Below, piece after piece: positions 57,536-64,000 of a stretch of DNA of 64,000 nucleotides. How positions within the stretch are numbered: position 1 is the stretch's first letter; every line of letters starts with the position of its first letter. Location of the stretch: the NCBI RefSeq assembly GCF_009914755.1, contig NC_060925.1; one strand, 5' to 3'. Made by a program: the position numbers and the translations under genes. The notes beneath the pieces are model-generated. The model was not told the DNA's origin. It saw only the letters and a program-made list of their open reading frames with translations, and did no database searches. The stretch is from the human T2T-CHM13v2.0 reference genome, Homo sapiens.

Positions 57536-58652
57536 CAATAATGGTTTTGCTACCAAATGCAACTGCCTGTCTCAGAAGCTACAACACTGGAAGGTAAAAA
57601 CATTCAATATTATGCCATTATTAAAAGTTAAAAACACACATGCAAAGTTTACCAAATTTGACTGTGTTCTATGCTCAAAGGAAATAACAACACATTTTTA
57701 AAAACTGTTCTTATACAGGCCACATTCATTAGCCAGAATGCAATAAATTTAGAAATTAACAGGGAGCCAAAAAAAAAAATCTATACTCCTTAACTATAAA
57801 AACACACTTCTAAAGACCTCTTGGTTTAAAGAGGAAGTAAACCACTGAGAACTAGACCACAATGAAAGTAACACACATCAAAACTAATGGAATATGGCCA
57901 AAGCAATTTCCAGAAAAAAACCTCTAGTCTTACATTTATTTATTAGAAATATAAAAAAGATTGAAAAGCAAAACAAAATAAAGCCAAGTAAATAGTAAGA
58001 AATAAATTAATATAGAAGCAGAAATTAATGAAACAGGAAAAACCTCAGCAAAATTGATCAATAAAACCACAGATTTGCCTTGTATTAAGGTAAAAATTAT
58101 TTGGCTAGAATAGTTAATAAAAAGAGAAAGCAATACTGCCTATTGCTTAACAGGCAATATCAGGCATGAAAAGGGATATGTACAGATATAAAAGATCACT
58201 TAAAAGGAGCATTATGCACAATTTTATAACAAGGAATTTGAGACCCAGACGAAAAGGATTTTCTAAGAAAATATAAATAACCAAACTTTGGGAAGAAAAC
58301 ATTAATAAACCATTCAAGAAACTGAACTGTTATTTAAATGTGTACCTCCTTCCAGTCCATGCAAGGGCATCAGGCTCAAAAGGCTTATAGGCAAGTTCTC
58401 CTAAAATATAGATGAACAAATAGTATGTTCATGACCTTACATGTATAGAAGGCCTTCTTAAGTCATAAAAACAAAGAAAAAGGTGAACAAATTTGACACA
58501 TCAAAAGTAAAAACTTATCAATGACAAAGACTTCATTAACAAAAGTTATGGTCTAGGAGAAAATATTTGCATTTGCAGATGTATATGTGTATGTGTATAC
58601 ATACACATACATAATGCAAACACATATAACAGGCAAAAGAATGGTATCCTGG

Positions 58653-58978
58653 TGTTATTGACTGAATTGTGTTCTCTCTTGAATTCATATGTTGAAGCAC
58701 AAACCCCCAATGTGATTATATTTAGAGATAGGGCTTTTAAGAGGTAATTAAGGTTAAATGAGATCGTAAGGGTTGGATCCTAATCCAATAGGACTGGTAG
58801 CCTTTTTAAAAAAAATTTCGTTTTTTGTAGAAATGGGGTATCCCTATGTTGCCCAGGCTGGTCTCAAACTCCTGGGCTCAAGCAATCCTCCCACTTTGGC
58901 CTCTCAAAGTGCTGGGATTACAGGTGTGAGCTACCATGTCCATGCAGCCTGATGGCCTTCTAAGAAGAGGAAGAGACC

Positions 58979-59015
<37 letters not shown>

Positions 59016-59225
59016 TCCCTCCCTCCTTGCAAACACTAAGGAAAGGCCCTATGAGAACACAGCAAGAAGGCATTGTCTGCAACCCAAGTAACAAACCCTC
59101 ACCAGACACTGACCCTTCTGGCATCTTGAATTTGGATTTCTAGCCTCCAGAACTGTGAGAAATTTTTGTTGTCTAGCTACCCAGTCTATAGTATTTTGTT
59201 ATGGCAGCCCAGGCTAACTAAGACA
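58653..59225 (+). mobile_element. MLT1A0-type solo LTR with a FLAM and (CT)n inside
   Basis: tgttattgactgaattgtg...ttgttatggcagcccaggctaactaagaca; perfect 5-bp TSD cctgg at 58648-52 and 59226-30. Confidence 0.9.
58805..58948 (-). mobile_element. FLAM / Alu left monomer
   Basis: Left arm only; degenerate TSD ctggtagcctt / ctgatggcctt. Confidence 0.85.
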
Positions 59226-60847
59226 CCTGGATATATCAACCTATAAGAAGAAAAAAAAGAGACAAAAAACAAACAAACCAACCTGATTTAAAAAGTCAAA
59301 GATATGAACAGGATATTCACAGGATGTTTATGGTCAATAAACATAAGAAAAAATGCTTAGCAATACTAAAATACCTTTTTAACAACCATCAGATTGACAA
59401 ACTCTGTAAACAATTTGCTAATCTCCAGAATTAGCAAGCATGAGGAGAGATAGAGTGTAAATTGGTAACAGTGACTTTCGAGGTAAATATGGGACTATCT
59501 TAAAATATAAAAATGTGTGTAACCTAAAATCCCACAATTTTATTTCTCTATATATATTCCTGGAAAGCAACAGACACATACAATATGCTCACCAAGGCAT
59601 TATTTCTGAAAGCAAAAGCTTTGAAAGAATGAGGGGCTGGCACTGGCAGCGTGGTCAGAGAGAGGCTGGACCCAGAGGGGCTGAGAGGTGAGCCATGGAG
59701 AATGCCAGTGGGTTACCATATCAGGGTAGGGTTGCCCCAGAGATAGGGCTCAGCACTGACTGTCTGGGTTAGGATAGCTAGGGAGCCATAGCCAGGCCAC
59801 AGAGCAGCCATGGCACCCACAAAAGCTAAGCCAAGATTGAATAAGGCAAGGGCAGCACCCCGTTCCCAAACCCAGAGAGGAAATGACTAGTTACCAGCCT
59901 TGGACTTCAGGTTCTGATGCCTGTAGAAGAAGCAGCAAGCAGGCAGACAAGGAACATTACCCTGAAAAGCAGAGGAAGGACAGGGCCCAAGGACTCTAGC
60001 TCTTCCATCTGTCCAGTAAGCAGCAATAGCCATGCCAGCCCCCTTAGACCCAGGAACCATCACAGGGAGGAAACCAGGAGGAAGAAAGGCTGTCAGAGAG
60101 ACACAGCATCTTCTCCAAGAGACATGGTACAGCATCTAAAAGGAACTGCTTAAATGATCATGTTAGACTACTCTTTAAATCAGGCTGACTCTTGAGCATA
60201 TTTTTTTTCCTCCCACTCCCCAGGGGGTGATTTGGTGAGGAAGACCGAATCAGCATAGAAAGATCATTTTTGTTTGAATATCTGAATTATGAGGTGAGTG
60301 CATTATGTCATCCTAATAACCTCTGCTTTTTATTTTTCTTTCATGAAAGAAATTTCAAAGTTCAAAGAGAGAAGGCATTAATATTTCTCAAGATGCATAA
60401 TGTGATTTTATAAAAACAAATTGCAGAAAGCTGTAGGATTTCAAAAGTGGATCCCAAAGATGGTCACGCCCTTTCAGTCCAAGAGCCACACCTCAAGAGG
60501 GAAGTGGGGCACAGGCACAAAGGCTGGCAAACCCTGAGGATTCCTGGGAAGCCAGCCTTGGCTTGTACCAGGGAGGGTAGGTATTCTTATATTGATTGCA
60601 GTACTCTTTGTGGTGATGATTAGCTGTGTGTTGATCTTCTTGAATAAAGAAAGAGAAGGGAATTTCAAAATGAACTTGAAAAACATCAACCTTGGAATAA
60701 AATAGAAATAATAAAATAAGAATAATTTGAATCACAATTAGTGCACATCTTATATGCATTATTACATTTTATCATCACTGTAGCCTTACAAAGATAGCTA
60801 TTATTATTATCTCCCATTTTACAGATGGGGAAACTGAGGGTTAGAGA

Positions 60848-61431
60848 TGAGTTGTCTGCAAATATGGCCATGAATTCCTCCATCCCAATATGCAAATGCC
60901 CTTTCTTCCCACTGAGTGTTGGAGTCTATTTCCCCTCCTGTTGAGCCTTGGCTGGCCTGTGGTGGCTTTCAACAAAAGAATGAATTGGAAGTGATGACAT
61001 GCTCGTTCTGGCTTACGTCTTAAGAACGCTGGCAACTTCCATTTCCGCTCTCTTTGAAGCCAGTTGCCATGTCAGGAAGTCTGAAAAACCTGTTAAGAGA
61101 GAAAGGCCACATGGACAAAGGCCACATGGAGAAAAGGGTCCAATTTTTATGAGAGACTAAGAAGGAAGAGGGGAAGACCCAGCCAGCCCCCGGCAATTTC
61201 AGCTACCCAAGACATGAAGTGTCAGATACGTGAGTGAGGCCTTCTTGGTAACTGGAAACCTAGCCAAGCTCAATGATGAACGCAGCCATGTGAGTGACCC
61301 CAGCTGACACAATGTGGAATACAAGAATTGACCCAGTACACCCAAAGGATTCTAGTAAATAATAAAATAGCCATTGATCAGGCCACTACGTTTGGAAGTG
61401 TTTCATTATGCAGCAAAAAATATCCGAAACA
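60848..61431 (+). mobile_element. MLT1G/H-type solo LTR inserted in a MIR
   Basis: TG...CA ends; perfect TSD agaga; MIR core cccattttacagatggggaaactgaggg before it and cttgcctatggtcatac after it. Confidence 0.8.
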
Positions 61432-61839
61432 AGAGATTAGAAGCTTGCCTATGGTCATACAACTGGTAAGTGGTAGAGCCAGGCCTTGAGGCCAGGTCTT
61501 CCTGACCTCAGTGTCCAGGCTCTTAACAGCTGCATGGCCAAAGACTATAAATCATTAAAGATATGGAAATTATTAGCATAGGTCTACTAAATCATGGAAT
61601 ATGAGAGCTGAGGAAAGAATAAGGATGAGAAGAAGGAACACACTGAGAGTGGAGAAGATGAGCTTCCAGGAGCTTGAAACAAACCTTTTATTCCCATATT
61701 TATTGAGCATCTATAATGCTTGAGGCAATTTTGTAGGGGCTCTGAGAGATTCAGAGGTGAATGCCATAGGGTAAATGATCTCAGGAAGATAGCAATCTAA
61801 TTAGGAAAAACAAAAATGCATAAAAATCATACCATATAA

Positions 61840-62460
61840 AGTAAAATGGTAGAGCTGCTATAGAACACAGTTTAGCAGTTCCTCAAAAAATGTTTCCCTT
61901 TAAAAGGAATGGGAAAACCTGCAATTACTTTTGTACCAACCTAATATTATATGATCCAGCAATTCTCCTTTGAGCAAAAGAGTTGCTTAAACAAATATCT
62001 ATACATTCATTTTCAGAGCAGAATTATTCGCAATAGCCAAAAAAGGGGCAAGTAACCCAAAGTCCATGGACAGATGAGTGGATAAACAATATGTGGTGTG
62101 TGTAGACAATGGAACATTATCGAGTCTTTAAAAGGAAATTTCGGACACATGGGTGAAGCTCGAGAACATTATCCTAAGGGAAATAAGCCAGTCAAAAAGA
62201 ACAAATCCTGTATGGGTCCACTTATAAAACGTACCTAGAGTAGTCAAATTCATAGAGATAGAAAATAGAATGGTGGTTGCCAGGGGCTAGGAGGAGCGGG
62301 GAATGAGGAGTTAGTGCTTAAAGCGTCCAGACTTGCAGTTCAGGCAAATGAAGGTGTTCTGGAGATGGATGGTGGTGATAGTTGTACAACAATGTGAATA
62401 TACTTAATACCACTTAGCTGTACACTTAAAAATATGTATATTTTACCACAATAAAAAGCA
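61840..62460 (+). mobile_element. L1MB-type 3' end
   Basis: atatgatccagcaattc...cctagagtagtcaaattcatagaga...gttctggagatggatggtggtgatagttgtacaacaatgtgaat. Confidence 0.85.
61891..61946. mobile_element. MADE1 (Hsmar1 MITE), left TIR missing
   Basis: aatgggaaaacctgcaattacttttgtaccaacctaa followed by TA. Confidence 0.8.
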
Positions 62461-62473
62461 ATCGATTTTTAAA

Positions 62474-62768
<295 letters not shown>

Positions 62769-63192
62769 TAGATTTTTAACTATACAGAAAACAAATGCTA
62801 GACAAGGCAGAGAGTTGTGAAGAGAAGAAAGCCAGGTAGGGAACAGTAGCGAGGGCTCATCACAGGCTCATCATGGGCCAAGCACTCAACTAGACTTCAC
62901 ACATTTTTCGTTTCATCTAGGCTTCTCAATGACCCAGAAACGTTGATAGTATTACCCCAGGTGATATCAGGAGGTAAGTTTATGGATTTAATTGTCCACA
63001 AAATGTGTCATAGACAGTTACAAATTGGTTCAAAAGTTTTAGATAAAGTCAAGTGTGATAAATCCAGAATAAATTATTTAAGGAACTATAGAAATGAGGA
63101 GTGGGGGAGGCTAGGTATTTTAAAAATTTAAAAATTAATTCCACAGAGGAAAATAATGGCCCCGCACCAATTTTCTTTTAAAAGTTTGTTAT

Positions 63193-63312
63193 GGCTGGGC
63201 GCAGTGGCTCATGCCTGTAATCCCAGCACTTTGGGATGCCAAGGCAGGAGGATTGCTTGAGGCTGGGAGTTCAAGATCAACCTGGGCAACATGGCAAGTC
63301 TCCCTCACTAAA

Positions 63313-63354
<42 letters not shown>

Positions 63355-63365
63355 ATGAATAAAAA
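63193..63365 (+). mobile_element. FLAM / Alu left monomer with a (taa)n tail
   Basis: Left arm only; TSD taaaagtttgtt on both sides. Confidence 0.88.
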
Positions 63366-63369
63366 TTAA

Positions 63370-63900
63370 AAGTTTGTTTTTTCATATTTCAGAAATAGTG
63401 AACAATTAAACATTTTATAACTATAGAATGTAAATAGGAAGATAAAGCCATACATAACCTCATCTCAGAGGTAAATTGCTAATATTTTGGTATATATCCT
63501 TCTAGTCTTTTCTCTGCATATGTATACAGATATTTTTTCCAAACTGGAAAACACCTGTAATGTGTATTTTTATATCCTGACTTTTAAATCTTCGCATATA
63601 AGGGAACTATTTTCTTACATTACTAAATATTCTTTAAAACATGATTTGTAATGATTTGCCATCATAAGGACAGGCCCAAATTTTACTAAACCACTCTTAT
63701 TTAGAGAGTTTTCTTTTCTCTCTTAAATAACACTGCAATGACATCAGTATACATACATCTTTAACCATAATCTCTAATTAGTTCCTTAGAAAGTATCCTA
63801 GAATCACACCAAGTGTTTTAATGCCACTGCCAGAGACAAAAAATTGGTCCAGAGAGACCTTGTTTTTGAACCAGAATGGTGAGTATACTTCTTATGTAAA
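63370..63900 (-). mobile_element. Old L1ME-like 3' fragment
   Basis: aatattttggtatatatccttctagtcttttctctgcat; taaataacactgcaatgacatc. Confidence 0.55.
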
Positions 63901-64000
63901 GATGCATCTTTGGGTTATGCTCTTAAAAATTATCTGTGCCTCTCTTGGTCTATGATAGTTCAGATAAATAAATATATAACTTATTTATAGGTCAGCTACA

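Larger units (their letters stand above)
57620..59625 (+). mobile_element. Highly decayed L1M ORF2 fragments
   Basis: A-rich, with cacatcaaaactaatggaatatggccaaagca, tagaagcagaaattaatgaaac and caaagatatgaacagg. Confidence 0.7.

Noticed and set aside
61102-61131. 15-bp tandem duplication aaaggccacatgga(c/g), and cattggagtct x2 at 28967-28992
   Set aside because: Ordinary slippage duplications inside old repeats.

Overview
This is primate (hominoid-type) nuclear DNA that looks intronic or intergenic. I found no credible protein-coding exon, RNA gene, CpG island or prokaryotic-type system. The window is dominated by interspersed repeats: about 20 Alu/FLAM/FRAM SINEs, two young 5'-truncated L1PA2/3-type insertions with perfect TSDs, older L1PB/L1M pieces, many L2 and MIR fossils, MaLR/ERVL solo LTRs (THE1, MLT1A/B/C/F/G-H/J, LTR16) and DNA transposons (Tigger3, MER33, MER3, MER20, MER5A, MER63, half a MADE1). 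The supplied ORFs are chance or repeat-derived. The most unusual structure is a fossil templated-insertion event at 32942-33275. A 92-bp direct duplication brackets a 138-bp copy of sequence from 34924-35061, and both junction fillers are locally templated. Other points of interest are a four-layer transposon nest (L2>MER33>Tigger3>Alu), hairpin-associated micro-rearrangements, inverted Alu pairs and several motif-dense unique segments that may be enhancers. Repeat subfamily names come from recalled consensus sequences, not a database search. Boundaries of old repeats are approximate.
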